Origin: the human T2T-CHM13v2.0 reference genome, Homo sapiens
Direction: 5' to 3' (one strand)
NCBI RefSeq assembly: GCF_009914755.1
Contig: NC_060931.1
DNA: 64,000 nucleotides
Made by a program: the position numbers and the translations under genes. Under the pieces are notes generated by a model that made no database searches, was not told the origin of the DNA, and worked only from the letters and a program-made list of their open reading frames with translations. Shown here piece by piece: positions 26,317 through 40,500 of this stretch (within the stretch, counting starts at the first letter, position 1; each line of letters begins with the position of its first letter).

Positions 26317-28980
26317 CTAATGTATGGAGAAAAAAAGTCATATAAAACAAGGTAGTCATGATAAATGTTCAACACTGTCAGCATAGTCAAGAGTCACCAT
26401 TTCTCCTGAATATATTTGGTGCTGCTTCTATTAAGCAAAATACCTTCCAAACATAAAACTCTGCTATTTAAAATTCAGGCATAAAAACATTTTCCTGGGG
26501 CTAATTTATATTTAAAATCTCTACCAATGTCTATGTGTCAGCACTCAACCATGCCCTCAGTTTACTGTCAACACACAGATAGACAAAGATCATGCATAGA
26601 CCATATTGATCAAATTATTTCTTATCAGAGTCTCATTGAAATGCAAAATGGTTAGTACTTAGAAAACCATATAAATCAATTATCCTAATCTGGAACTTGC
26701 AGACAGAATGTCAAATGAAATTTTAAGGTCTTATTTTATCTGCATGTGAAATTGAGAGCTGAGAAATATGAGTTTGCTAAGAATATTTTTGGTTTGTTAA
26801 TGACAATAACAATGCATGCTCATAAAAAATTATTTTGTCAGGTATGAGTAACTTCTATGGACTTTCTCATTTTTAGCTCATTTATAATAACTTCTAATTC
26901 CTGACTTAAACTATAAGGTAGAAAAGATGACGTGGGAAAAGAGAAGAGTAGTTCAGATTCAGTGTTTGAATGTGAGGTGTTTGTGGGACTTTCAAGGAGA
27001 GATGTCCAGGAAGCACTGAACTTGTGCATGTCATGGTTTAGGAGAGAAATCTGGGCTAAAGATGCAGGTTTGTGTCAAAGGATATTGGTGCTAGATGCAG
27101 CTATGTATGTGGAAAAATAAGGACATATGAGGAAGAAAAGCCCTGGGCACACCAATGTTTATGGGATAGTAGAAGGGAAGTCCCTGAAGAGAAGGGAAAA
27201 TAGAGGACAAAAACAGGGCATGGTATTAAGGCTAGGGAGGAAAGCATTCAAGGAAGGGAGAATGGCCAACAGCATTATCAGAGGATGCTGAGACATCTGT
27301 CTCATGAATTTGACTAGTCTAGGTACTTCATATAAGTGGAATCAGACAATATTTTTCCTTTTGTGGCTGTCTTATTTCACTTAGCATATCATCCTCAAGT
27401 TTCATCCATGTTGTAGCCATATGTCAGAATTTCCTTTCTTTTTGAGGCTGAATAATATTCCATTGTACCAGTATGCCATGGATAAGAATTTTAATGTGCA
27501 TCTGGTAACCTAAACTTTATGGAAATACTGTCTAAAAAAGTTATTAAAAACTGAAAATTGAATTTTGATTGAATTGGTTGAAACAATTGGAAGGTATAGA
27601 GTCCTGAAACTACAAACTAATTTAGACAGTTTCTGATAAATAACATTTGTACGTTCTCTAGCATAGAACAATTAATACTGGGAGAAACAAAACAATAATA
27701 AGAGTTTAAATTGTATGAGTATATGATTATTCAGATAATTTTGGTCTGTCTTCTTAAATGCTGTAACAGTTTTTTTTTTCCTTTTATACCTTTATTCACA
27801 TACTTATCTGGTTCTTTTTTTTAGAAGAAATTCCTAGACATAGTATTCCCAGGTCCAAAGTTGGGTGTGTGTGTGTGTGTGTAGTTTTTCTTCGCTTGTT
27901 TCTAATTTTATGGAGTTTTCTTTTTTTTTTGAGAAAGACGGGTAGTGGTTGCACAACATTGTGAATATACTGATGCCATTGAATTGTATACTTTAAAATG
28001 ATTAATTGTATGTGAATTTCACCTCAATGAAGAAAAATGCTGTAATAGTGGGAATTTTCTTTAAGCTTGGAATTGAGGTTGTATTTTTACTACAAATGTC
28101 ATATCACATGTGTTGGTATACAATGCTGATACATTTATAATTAAATGGATTGATTTAATATTATAGTTCATTATTCATAAAAACAGAAGGAAATGAGCCT
28201 TTTAGAGATACATTTGCACACATGGTTCTCTCTGCTCAGTATCTTTTCCAAAGTTTGTTCATCCTGCAAGGCGCAACTTATTGCCATTTTCTTATAAGAG
28301 TCTTCCTCATCACATAAAAATAAGTGTTTCCTTCTTTTTATACTCTATTATAGCACTTAGCCTCTGCCTGGTTGGGTCTGTTCCCTCTGCTGAACTGAAG
28401 GTTTCTTGAGAACAGGATCATGCTCTCTTCCCCTTTGTATTTATCAATCATATAGTATATATACAGTCAATACTAGTTATGTTAAAACTTACTGTATATA
28501 AAGCATTGAGCAATGTCCTTTGGTTGACAGTCACTGTTCTTGAAACACTTAGATATAGTCAGTATAGATCGACCATTCACACATGAACTCACTTAAGGAC
28601 AAAGGCAAAACACTTATCCAATGCAAAATTATAAGCAATAGAATAAGTTGGTTATAAGACAATTATCTGTAAAATACCATGGGTGTGTATCAAATTATTT
28701 CTCATGTAACAAAACACCAAACAGAAAGAATTAATGTGTGCGACCAAATATTGAGCCTTAGATGTGGCTAGTTTTAAAGATCTGAGGATAAAAACATGCA
28801 AAACAAGACATTCTGGAGAGATAGAAAAACGACAAAGGGAAGTGTGTCATGGGATCCTGGAAAAGAGATTCTTATTAGGGAAGTGGGCAAAGATAATCTG
28901 GGTCTCTAGAAAAAGATTAGAAATCTCTGAAGATGTGAATAATGACAAAATGCCTGTAATAGAGTTACAAATTTACTCAC

Positions 28981-29057
28981 ATCTCCACTCAGATTTGGAA
29001 AGAAAATGTTGTCTCTTCATTTCTCTGTACCAGTCAGATTGTCTCCATGATGTGCAC
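28981..29057 (-). pseudogene. Relic exon CTSWRQSDWYREMKRQHFLSKSEWR
   Basis: Strong ttctccttaccctgtag acceptor, gtgagt donor; 77 nt; output phase matches the next exon. Confidence 0.65.
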
Positions 29058-29819
29058 CTACAGGGTAAGGAGAACAAAAAAGGAAAAATCTAAAATATAG
29101 TCCCATTTGAAAAACTAAATCCATTAGAGTATTAGTCCCTGGTAAAATGAGCAGTATCTTAGAGGCCCTCTTCTTCAGCCATTATCTAAATGGTATTTGC
29201 AGTTTGGGAGCATACAGCTTATTTGACATCACAGGGGCTGTAGGAAGGGGTTACCTCCTAGGGCCTCACTGGTTTGTGCTGTGGGGCAGCACAAGCCAGT
29301 GAGGCCCTGATCTGCTGTATGGGCCAAGTGGCGGTGGAGCATCTGTGCAGTGTTCTCGCATCTGCTGAGAAAGTGTAAGCTGGGGGAACTCAGGGTGTGG
29401 ACATTCTGGACTTGGTCAGGGCACAGTTTTCTTCCTGTTGACTTAGCCCCTCCTTAAGCCTCACAACCATTTGGCTACACAGCCCCTGAGCCCTGACTTG
29501 AGAGTTCTCTAGACCAACCTGACTCTCAATTTACTTCCACCTGTCTCCCTCAGGGCACACAGGTACTTGTGAGTCCTATCTCTGACACACAGGAGGCAGA
29601 TTAAAGGAGGAAGCCACACTCAGGCCTTCTTTTGGTCTACTCTCCACCACCAAGTGATCTGCTCTATTGGGCCAGCCAAATATGAGAGCCTTTGGGGGCA
29701 TCTCATTCCATGTCACACATCTTCTCCCATGAGGACTTCAGCCTGGAAAGAGGAGATCTAGACACAAGGGTCTCTCTGGCTTCCTCAATCTGCCATTCCC
29801 TTTCTCTTCCATTCAACTC

Positions 29820-30068
29820 TTCGGACCAACCAGACAAGATTTTCCTTCTTCCTTTTTGACTAGAACCTCTTTTTCACAAAACTCTGTGATTAATCTTGCT
29901 AGGCCAGCTTCTAGAAGTTTTAAATGGGAAAAAAGGGAATTTAGAAAATCCTCTCAGATATGTAGTTTTCAAGGCTACTGTCTGTCAGCACACTGCCTTT
30001 TAGAATATCTTTCCTTCTCTGCGTTTTTGTTGAAATTCGCCTAATTTCCACTAAATTCCCAAGTCCGA
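29820..30068 (-). pseudogene. Relic exon, TAGT glycosyltransferase core
   Basis: ttttttcccatag acceptor; FLNSLFSHLKLLEAGLARLITEFCEKEVLVKK..LVGPKS ~ GREB1 [39 protein letters not shown]; donor approximate. Confidence 0.7.
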
Positions 30069-30441
30069 CTATGGGAAAAAAACATTCACAAGGAAATATA
30101 AAAAACATAAGCACATCACATTTCTGAAAATACTATGTCCATATATTATACCTATCCCCCTAGAACTCTATTCTTTCTCTAACTGGAAAAATATATAGAT
30201 TATACTCCTGTGCTCTCTGAGATTTTCCTTAAGAGAAAACTGAAGTTTGATTTCTGAACTTCTAATGCACTTTCTTTTCATTAATTTTTCCATGTTTATA
30301 GATTCTTTCTGGGTAATTAATGTTACATTCCTTAGTTTTCTAATGTTATAAAAATGTTTACTTTTAATTATTAAGCAATTCATATTAATTTCTGAATCTT
30401 AAAGATAAAAGCTAACTGAGTTTGTAAAAGCATTTAAATAC

Positions 30442-30591
30442 CCTCTTTGAACTCCATTGGGTTTATTTATTTTCTTTATGACCAGTTCAGTTCACAATGC
30501 TGATTTTAATCCAAATATTTGCCTTCCAAGATGCTGGTTGTACCATTTATAATCCATACTGTACCTCTTTGTAGATTACTGCTTGGCATTG
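30442..30591 (-). pseudogene. Relic exon ending ..TQWSSKR
   Basis: ctttcactttgcag / AGG|gtattt; 150 nt, phase 0-0, three stops; WSSK matches GREB1 KWSSK. Confidence 0.5.
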
Positions 30592-31465
30592 CTGCAAAGT
30601 GAAAGAGAATTTAATTTTCCTGATGCTGTTTGATTATATTTACCTACTGAAGTTTTCATTGTGAAACAAGCCCTATGAACATTTACAGAATGCATGTTTC
30701 CTTTTTTTCTAAACTCTTTCTAGTTGAATTGGTTCTACACCAGTTGTTTTTAAACAGTGGAAATATAAATATATTTTTGTCAAAAGGAAAAATTTGAGAG
30801 TGTACATGGATAGCTTCTGAGAAGGTGGATCAAAAATTCAATTACGTGATTTCATCAAATAAAAAAGTAGTAGACACAGTTTTTTCTCTAAGTACCAGTC
30901 ATATCAATGGGAAAGGATATTTAAACTAGAAGTTATAGACATAAATTCATTTTAATTATTGTGCATTTTCCCTTACTGTTCTATCAGATTACCATGTATA
31001 GCAACTTGCCATTCAGCAGTTACTCATTTCTAAGGTTGTAAATGTCGAGAAATACCAGACTATCACCCTGGACTCTGTAGTGTGATTGTTTAATGTGTAT
31101 GTGGTTTCATACCCAAATGAGTCATTCTGCCAAGAACCTTGAGAATATCGGTCTAGTCTAGAAATTTCAATCTTAATGATTGATACTCAGCTTTGGCATA
31201 AGATTATGCATCATTAGAAAGAGGATGTAGGTGTAAAATGGTTCTGTGCAAATACAAACATTATTTACTTAAGCCCACAAAATCTTGACTAGTCATTTCC
31301 TCTGCTAAACCTTTCCATTCCCACTATTTTTTAAAATCATCACTTGTATCACCAACTGCTCATCAGTAAACCTCATATCTCTAGAATAATCTCTGCTGTC
31401 GTATTTGTATTTCTAGCATATACTATGATGTCTGACTTAGTAGCTTCATAAAAATCTATTGAATG

Positions 31466-31808
31466 GGCCAGGTGTGGTGGCTCATGCCTGTAATCCCAGC
31501 ACTTTGGGAGGCCGAGGTGGGCAGATCACCTGAGGTCAGGAGTTTGACAGCAGCCTGGCCAACATAGTGAAACCCCATCTCTACTAAAAATAAAAAATTA
31601 GCCAGGCATGGTGGTGGGCTCCTGTAATCCCAGCTACTCAGGAGGCTGAGGCAGGAGAATCTCTTGAACCCGGGAGAAGAGGTTGCAGTGAGATGAGACC
31701 ATGCCATTGCACTCCAGTCTGGGTGACAGAATGAGACTCTGTCTCAGAAAAAAAAACAAAAACAACAACAAAACAAAACAACCCGAAAACCAAAACCAAA
31801 CCAAAACA
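31466..31808 (+). mobile_element. AluS
   Basis: Full dimer; aaaaat[c/g]tattgaatg TSD. Confidence 0.95.
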
Positions 31809-31868
31809 AAAATGTATTGAATGAATACTGACTTCAAGGTACTCAGGAGAAAGCCATCTTGTATGTAC

Positions 31869-31964
31869 CTCTGATATTTTCATCCAACACTTCTTTTCCT
31901 CAATCTTTTTCCTAGGTATTTCTACAGCTTCTAGGGTTTTGTCACTGTTCCTCACAATGTTCTC
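31869..31964 (-). pseudogene. Relic exon ENIVRNSDKTLEAVEIPRKKIEEKKCWMKISE
   Basis: 96 nt, open, phase 0-0; IVRNSDKTLE ~ GREB1 IKELSYHNLE. Confidence 0.45.
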
Positions 31965-32301
31965 CTATTTTGTCAACCAGTAGATATAATAGCTCTGAAT
32001 GGTCATATATATGTTACTGTTATCAGCGCTTTTGTTTTACAGGAAAATTGAAGAGAATTGGAGATTTTAAATTTGGGAGAGTGTCTTTGGGAATATCAGT
32101 CAATTGAGGATGAATAAATCTGCTAGTGATCATCATACCAATTCATATGAAAGTTTTAAAAAACTGGATATCAATTTCACTGCATGCTACTCTTTGGGGG
32201 CTCCAATCTTTAGAAGAGTTTGGACTCAACTTGGTAAACACATTTTGAACCCAGTACACCTCTCAAGAAACATCTTGATGAGCATGATATAGAGGGCATA
32301 C

Positions 32302-32440
32302 CTTGCCAAAGAGTAAAGATATATATTTTATCTTTAATGAGAAAAATGCTGATTTTTCATGGGATAAGAACAGGAAATCCTTTTAGAATCATCAAGGGCA
32401 GCATCAAAATGGGAGATATAAGATGGAAAGTTTGATTTGC
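32302..32440 (-). pseudogene. Relic exon at the start of the TAGT region (ILMLPLMILKGFPVLIP*KISIFLIKDKIYIFTLWQ)
   Basis: Strong ctcctcttcctag acceptor and AAG|gtatgc donor; LPLMILK ~ LPLVTDK; IFLIKDKIYIFTLW ~ VLVVKEYEMAIYKKYW. Confidence 0.6.
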
Positions 32441-33491
32441 CTAGGAAGAGGAGAGTAAAAATGCTCTTTGAGTTTCGGGATTTGGAAAGAAAAAATGCCC
32501 ACTGCTTTGCTTGAGCCAAAATCAAGGCTGTAAGACAGCTGATATGTTCAGTTGTTAAATTATAAGCAATTCTATACTGGTTGGTATAATAGCTGCTATA
32601 TTTACCCTATTCCTTTTGCTGGAAATAGAAGAACTTCCAGTTAAGTAACTAACTGGTGAATGCTCAGGAACTTCCAGGACCCTTTTCCAGCACTACAGCT
32701 TGCTTTAGTCCTGTTTCATCTATACCCAGATTGTGTTAGCCCAGCTGGAACATTCTGAGTTTAGGCCTGCCAAACATGAGGTGGTAGAGTTCCTTTCATG
32801 GCAAACCAGCACCCAAGATAACAAGCAGGGCTTCAGAGGACCCAGCCCCAGCCACTCTGCCAATGTCCAAGCCTGAGGTCAGCTTCACCCCTTACAAGTC
32901 TAGTGCTCCACCAGAGGGATTCTACAGCCCCCCACTTCCTCAGGCATAACTGCCATCATATTTTGAAACCATCTGCCTGCAGAAAACAGCAATCCATGTC
33001 CATAGAATTGGTCCACCACAGCCAAGTCCTCATAGCCTGTGCTCTACACTTCACACCCGTGAAGCAACAAGGAGTAGGAAGATCTTCAACCTAAACAGCT
33101 GAGGTGACTTTGGGGAACAGCCTACCATGCATAACCCTGGGAGAGGCCTGTATCCACCCAAGCCTAAGTATTACTGGTAACTTGGCCCACAACTTTCCAA
33201 GGCTAAACTTTATTCTCTTTGACAGGCAGGGCATTGAGACAGGAACAACGCAGTCTGGACTGAGACATCAAACATGCAAAAGCACCTGTGAACTGTGGAG
33301 AGTTAAGATATATTACTTCTTCCTGAAGTGTACTTAGACAAAATATTGAAAAATAAATAATCATGCTCTCATTTGGAAGAAAATTCTTTGCTGTCTCTTT
33401 TTTTTTTTTTTAACATTGATCAACTTTCCTCTTGATCTCAATAATCTATTGCCGTTTTTGTCTAGCTTTTCACTATAACACCTATTTCTTC

Positions 33492-34402
33492 ATGGTTATT
33501 GACCTCCCAAAGATGTCCATGACCTAATCCCAGGAACTTGTCACTATATGACTATATTATGTTACATGGCAAGAGGTTATTAAGGTTGCAAGTAGAATTA
33601 AAGTTGTTAATCATCTGACTTGAAAACACGGAGATTATCTTGGATTATTTGCATAAGCCCAATCTTTAAAAGCAGAGAAACTTCCCTGACTTTCTGGCCA
33701 GATAGAGAGACTTGACAACAGAAGAATGGCCAGAAAGATGCAACTTGAGAAGGATTCAACCCACCTGTTATGGGTTATATGTTTGTGTCCCTTCAAAATT
33801 CATTTCGAAACTTAATCCCTATTGTGATGGTCTTAAGATGTAGGGCCTTTGGGGAAGTGATTACAACATCAGGGCTCCGTCTCCGAGATAAATGGGATTA
33901 GTGCCCTTATAAAAGAGGCTTCAGAGAGCCGCACAGTTCTTCAATCTCTTCTGTCAGGTGAGAATACAGGAAGAAGGTGCCATCTTGGAAGCAGAAGATG
34001 CAAGTCCTCACCAGATGCTAAATCTGCTGGCACCTTAATTTAGGACTTTCCAACCTCCAGAAATGTGAGAAAAAAATTCAATTATTTATAAATTACCCAG
34101 TGTATGGTATTTTGCTATAATAGCAACAATGGACTAGGACACGACTATTGCTGACTTTAATGATGGATGAAGGGGACCATGAACCAAAGAATGTGAGCAG
34201 CTTTAAAAGCTTGAAAAGGCAAGAAAATGCATCTTCCCCTAGAGCCTCCAAAAAGGAATGCAGCTCTGCTGACACTTTAATTTTAGCCCAGTGAAACTTG
34301 TGTTGGACTTCTAACCTATGGAATTATAAGATAATAAATATGTTTTGTTTAAGCCATTACATTTTTGGAATTTGATACTACAGCAATAGAAAACTAGTAT
34401 AC
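33492..34402 (+). mobile_element. MaLR LTR (MLT1D-like) with a nested MLT1A/MST-like LTR at ~33767-34143
   Basis: MLT1 motifs interrupted by a second LTR starting tgttatgggttatatgtttgtgtccc. Confidence 0.75.
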
Positions 34403-34599
34403 CAACTATCCCTGCCCCAACCCCACCAATACCAAACGAAATAAGTTTATAATACTAATGACACTACTCTCTTAGGCCTCATTCTCTGAAGCAAAGAAAG
34501 ATGAAAGCTGTCCCTCTGAATTATCTTTCATTTGGGAGACATTTGTTTTGTTGTTGGTCTCTGGTCACAATAGCCAAGATTTGGAAAAAGCCAAACTGA

Positions 34600-37500
34600 A
34601 TAATGCTGTGGTGAATGGGCTTGCAGATATTTCTTAAATATAGTGATTTTATTTCCCTTGGATATATACCCACAGTGGGATTGCTGGATTACACAGCAAT
34701 TCTTTCCTAATTTTTTGAGGAACCTCCATACTGTTTCCTATAATGGCTGTACCAATTTACATTCCTATTAACAGTATACCAGGGTTCCCTTTTCCCATAT
34801 CCTTATCAACACTTATCAGGGATGAGGTGATATCTCATTGTGGTTTTGATTTGTATTTGTATTTTATGATTTTGATTTGTATTTGTATTTTATGATTTTC
34901 TTGATGATTAGTGATGTTGAGAACACTTGCATATATAGTATCTATTGGCCATTTATATGTCTTCTTTGGAAAAAAAATGTCTGTTGAGGTCCTTTGCTCA
35001 TTTTTATGTCTCTTATGGTCCTTTGGCCATTTGTATGTCTTCTTTGGAAAAAATGTCTATTGAGGTCATTTGCCCATTTTGGGTCATTTGGGCTTTTGCT
35101 ACTGAGTTCTATTAGTTGCCAATATATTTTGGATATTAACCCCTAATTGCATATATGGATAGCAAATATTTCCAATGATTCTGTTGGTTGTCTTTTTATT
35201 TGGTTGATTGTTTGCTTGGCTATGCAGAAACTTTTTATTTTGATGTAGTCCCAGTTGGTTATTTTTGCTTTTGTTGCCTGTGTTTTTGTTGTCAAATCCG
35301 AAAAATAATTGCCAAGACCAATGTCAAGGAGCTGTTCCGTTCAATTTTCTTCTAGGAGTTTTATGGTTTCAAGTATTATATTTAAGTCTTTAGTCCAATT
35401 TGAGGTTATTTTTGTGCATGGTATAAGATAAGGGTCCAATTTATTTTTTTTGCACGTGGAAATCCAGTTTCCCTGTTTCCCCAACATTTATTGAAAATTA
35501 ATTGACCATATATGTAAGGGTTTATTTCTGAGCTCACTATTCCATTCCATTGGTTTGTGTCTTTTTATATCAGTATCATACTATTTTGGTTACTATAGGT
35601 TTGTCATGTAATGTGGAATCAGGAAATGTGATGCTTCCAACCTTCTTCTTACTCAAGATTACTTTACCTCCTCAGAGATATTTGTGGTTCCATGTGACTT
35701 CCAGAATTGTTTTTTCTATTTCTGTGAAAAATGCCATTGGGTTTTAATACATATTACAGTGGATCTGTAGATACTTTTGCGTAGTATGGACATTTTAACA
35801 ATATTAATTCTTCCAACCCAGGAATGCAGAATATATTCCCATTTTGTGTCTTCTTCAATATCTGTCATCAATATTTTATAATTTTCAGCACACAGAACTT
35901 TCACATCCTAGGTTAAATATATTCCTAAGTATTTTATTTTTTGATGCTATTGTAAATGTTCTGTTATTTTCACATAGTTCATTTTTAGCATATAGAAACG
36001 TAACTAATTTTGTATGTTGATTTTGTATCCTGCAACTTCACTGAATTAATTTATTAGTTTTAAATTTGGGGGGTAGAGTCTTAAAGGTTTTCTCTATATA
36101 AGGTCATGTAATTTTCAAACAGAGATAATTTTGTTTTTTCATTTTCTCTTTGAATATCTTTTATTTGTTTTTCTTGCTCGATTGCTGTAGTAGGACTTCC
36201 AGTACTATATTGAACAGAAAGTAGTGAGAGTAGGCACCCTTGTCTCAGGTTCCTGATCTTAGGAGAAATGCTTTCAGCTTTTTACCTTTAAGTATGATGT
36301 TAGCTGTGGACTTGTCATGTATGGCCTTGTTATATTCCTTTTATACCTCATTTGTTGAGCATTTTTACCATGAAAAAATGAATTCTGTAAAATGCTTTTT
36401 CTGCATCTATAAATGTAATTACATGATTTTTATCCTTCATTTTGTTAATGTCATGTGTTGCACTTATTAATCTGCATATATTGAACCATCCTTGCATCCC
36501 AGGGGTAAATTCCACTGGTCATGCTGTATGATCCTTTCAATGTGCTGTTAAATTCAGTTCACTAGTATTTTTCTAAGGATTTGTGCTTCAAAGTTCATAA
36601 AGAATATTGAACTAATCATTTCTGATAGTGTCTTGTTATTAGGGTAAGGCTGGCCTCATAAAATGAGTTTGAAAGTGTTCATTCCTCTGCAATTTTTTGT
36701 AATAGCTTCATAAGAATTGGTATGAATTCTTCTTTAAATATTTGGTAGATGTAAAAAACCTGCACATGTACTGCCTGAATCTAATACAGAAGTTGAAATT
36801 ATTTTTAAAATTTTTTTTTCTTATATGTTTGGTAGAATTCTACAGTGAAACCATCTGTTTCTAGACTTTCCTTTTTGGGTCATAGTGCTTACTGATTCAG
36901 TGTCCTTACTTGTTTTTGGTATGTTCAGATTTTCTATTTTGTCATGATTCAATCTTCATAGGTAGTACATTTCTAAATATCCATTTCATCTAGGTTATAG
37001 AATTGGTTGACATAACTGTTCATAGTAGTCACTTACAATCCTTTGTATTTCTGTGGTATCAGTTGTCTGTCTTCTTTTTCATTTTCGATTTCATTTCTTT
37101 GATTCTTTTCTCTTTTTTAATCCATCTAGCTAAAGGTTTTTGAATTTTGTTTTTCTTTTCAAAAAACCAACTGTTTTCTTGATCTCTGTATTGTTTTTCT
37201 AGTCTCTATTTCATTTACTTCTGTTCTGATCTTCATTATATCCTTCCTTCTGCTAACTTTGGGTATAGTTTGTTCTTCTTTTTCTAGTTCCATGGGGTGT
37301 AAAATTAGAATATTTGAGATATTTATTTGTCTTCATGTAGGTATTTATTGCCACAAATATCATCTTAGAAATGCTTTCGATGCATACCATAGCTTTGGTA
37401 TGTTGTATCTCCATTTTCGTTCATTCAGAAATTTTTTGATATTTTCCATTTTGATCTTCTTTGACAAATTGATTGTTCAGTAGTGTGTTATTTAAATTCC

Positions 37501-40500
37501 ACATAATTTTACCTTTTCCATTTTTTCTCCTATTATTGATTTCTACTTTCAAACCACTGCGGTCAGGAAAGATACTTGATATAATTCCATTTTCTTAAAT
37601 TTGTTGAGGCTTGTTTTGTAGCCCAACATATAATTTATCCTGGAGAATGTTCTGTGGGCACTTGAGAAGAATGTGTATTTGCTACTGTTAGATAGAATGT
37701 TCTGTTTATGTCTATTAGGTCCATTTTGTCTAAAGTACAGTTCAAAGCCCAATGTTTCCTTATTGATTTTCTATCTAGTTGATGCATCCATTGTTGAAAA
37801 TGAGGTACTGAAGTCCTCTACTATTATTATATTGCTGTTTATTTCTCCCTTCAGATCTGCTAATATATGTGATATATTTGCATATATCACATATTGCATA
37901 TATCATGGGTGGGCTACGTCCCCACCCAAATCTCATCTTGAATTCCCATGTATTGTGGGATGGACCTGGTGGGAGGTAATTGAATCATGGAGGCAATTCT
38001 TTCCTGGGCTGTACTCGTGATAGTGAATAAGTCTCACAAGATCTGATGGTTTTATAAAGAGGAGTTCCCCTGTACAAGCGCTCTCTCTTTGCCTGCTGCC
38101 ATCCATATAAGACATGACTTGCTCCTCCTTGCCTTCTGCCATGATTGTGAGGCCTCTCCGGCCATATGGAACTGTAAGTCAATTAAACCTCTTTATTTTG
38201 TAAATTGCCCAGTCTCAGGTATATCTTTATCAGCAGCATGAGAACAAATACAATGTGCTTTATATATTTAGATGCTCCAATGTTAGATGCATATATATTT
38301 ACAATTGTTATATTCTCTTAAAGAATTGACTTATCATTACATAAAGATACTCATTGTCTCTTATAACAGTTTTTGACTTAAATTCTATTTTGCCTGAATA
38401 AATATAGCTTCCCTCTTCTCCTTTGGTTTCCATTTGCAAGGAATCTTTTTCCGTCTCTTCACTTTCAGCCTATTTGTGTCTTTAAAGGTGAGGTAAGTCT
38501 CCTTAATCAGTACATAAATGGGTCTTATTTGTTAAAATTCATTAGACCACTCTGCTATTGATTAACTTAATCTGTTTATATTTAAAGTAATTTTTGATAG
38601 GTAAGAGCTATTTAAATCTATTGGCATTTTGTTGTTTTTGGATTGTTTTGCAGATTTTGTTCTATTCCTCTTCTCTGTGTTCCTTTGTGATTTTATAATG
38701 TTGTCTAATGGTATGCTTTGATTCTTTTTTCTTTATCCTTTGTGTATCTACCATAGATATTTTTCTTTGTGATTATCATGAGACTTATATAACACTTTTT
38801 ATTGTAGTATAGTATCAGTCTATTGTAAGGTGACAATAACTTTGATTGCATGAAACAACCCTACCCTTTATTCCCCACCCTACCTACATTTTATGTTTTT
38901 TGATGTCACAGTTTACATCTTTTTATATTGTGTATCCATTAACAAATTATTGTGTCATTATTACTTTTAATGCTTTTGTCTTTTAACCTTTATACTTAAA
39001 AGTGATTTACTCACCATCTTTACAGTATAAGAATTTTCTGAATGTGACTATATATGTATCTTTGCCAGTAATTTTTATGCCTTCATATGACTTCATGTTA
39101 CTAATTAGCAGCATTTTATTTCAGTATGAAGAACTCCCTATAGCAATTTTTTTGTAAGGCAGTTCTAGTGGTGATAAACTCCCTCACTTTTGTTTGTCTG
39201 GGAGAGTCTTTATCTTTCATTCATTTCCATGGGACAGCTTTGCTGGATAAAGTATTCTAGGTTGGCAGTGTTTCTTTTTGTTTTCGTTTTTGTTTCTGTT
39301 TCCTTTTAGTACTTTGAATATATCATCCCACACTCTTATGGCCTGCTAGGTTTCTGCTGAGAAATTTGCTGATACCGTTAGATTCCTAGATTCCTTGGTA
39401 TGTCACAAGGTTGTTTTTTCTCTTTCTGCTTTCGAATTCTCTTTTATTTTTTACAGATTATGTGTCATTGAAGACCTCTTTGGTTTGAAGCTGCTTATAA
39501 ACTTTATATAACTTGAGCTTTATATTCCTGGATATCCATATTTCTTAGCAAATATGGGATGTTTTGAGCCATTATTTCTTTAAAGAAGGTTTCTGCCCCT
39601 TTCACATTCTCTCTTCTCCTTCTGTTACTCTCATAATGTGCATATCATGCCACTTGCTGGTGTCCTACAAATCACTGAGGCTTTTGTCACATTTTACTTT
39701 TTATTCCTTCAATTGGATAATTTCAAGTGACTGTCTTTGAGCTCACAGATTCTTTCCTCTGCTTGATCAAGTTTGCTGTTGACACTTTCTATTGCATTTT
39801 TCATTTCATTCATTGTATTCTTCATTTCCAGAATTTCTGTTTGGTTCTTTTTCATGATTTCCATGTCTTTATTGACCATTTAGTTTTGTTCATGTATTGT
39901 TTTTCTGATTTGTTCAGTTTTCTATGTGTTCTCTTGTAGCCCACCAAACTTTCTTAAAATAATTATTTTGAATTATTTGGCAATTCATAGACATCCATTT
40001 CTTTGGAATCAGTTATTAGAAAATTATTTATACCTTTGTTGATATTGTGCTTCCTTGATTGTTTCATGTTTCTTGTTCCTTGCATTGATGTCTGCCCATT
40101 TGATGGAGCAGTCACCTCTTCTAGACTTTACAGACTGGTTTTGGTGAAAAAGACCTTCACATGGAGGTGGGTGCAAGAATGCCATGTAGGTGGGGTGTGA
40201 CAATTCCAGGTTTGCTGAAGGCACAGTCTCTGTGCAGGTCTGTCAGCTACGGTCAGCATCAGCAAAGGTTGCAGTGGTCCTCAACAGCCAAAGCTCTGGG
40301 TGTCTGCAGTGGTGGCAAGGACCATTGGGATCCTTGATGATAAAGGCTTTTGGGGTCCACTTGATCTCTTTTTCTCCCACAGAGGAAGTTGTGGCCAAGG
40401 GGATCACTCTGGGTGCCAAGGCTGGCTCATGGACGCTCATGGGGCAGTGGTATCAGTATCTGATGCATGGCATCTATGGAGTGTCACAGAGTTGGGGTCT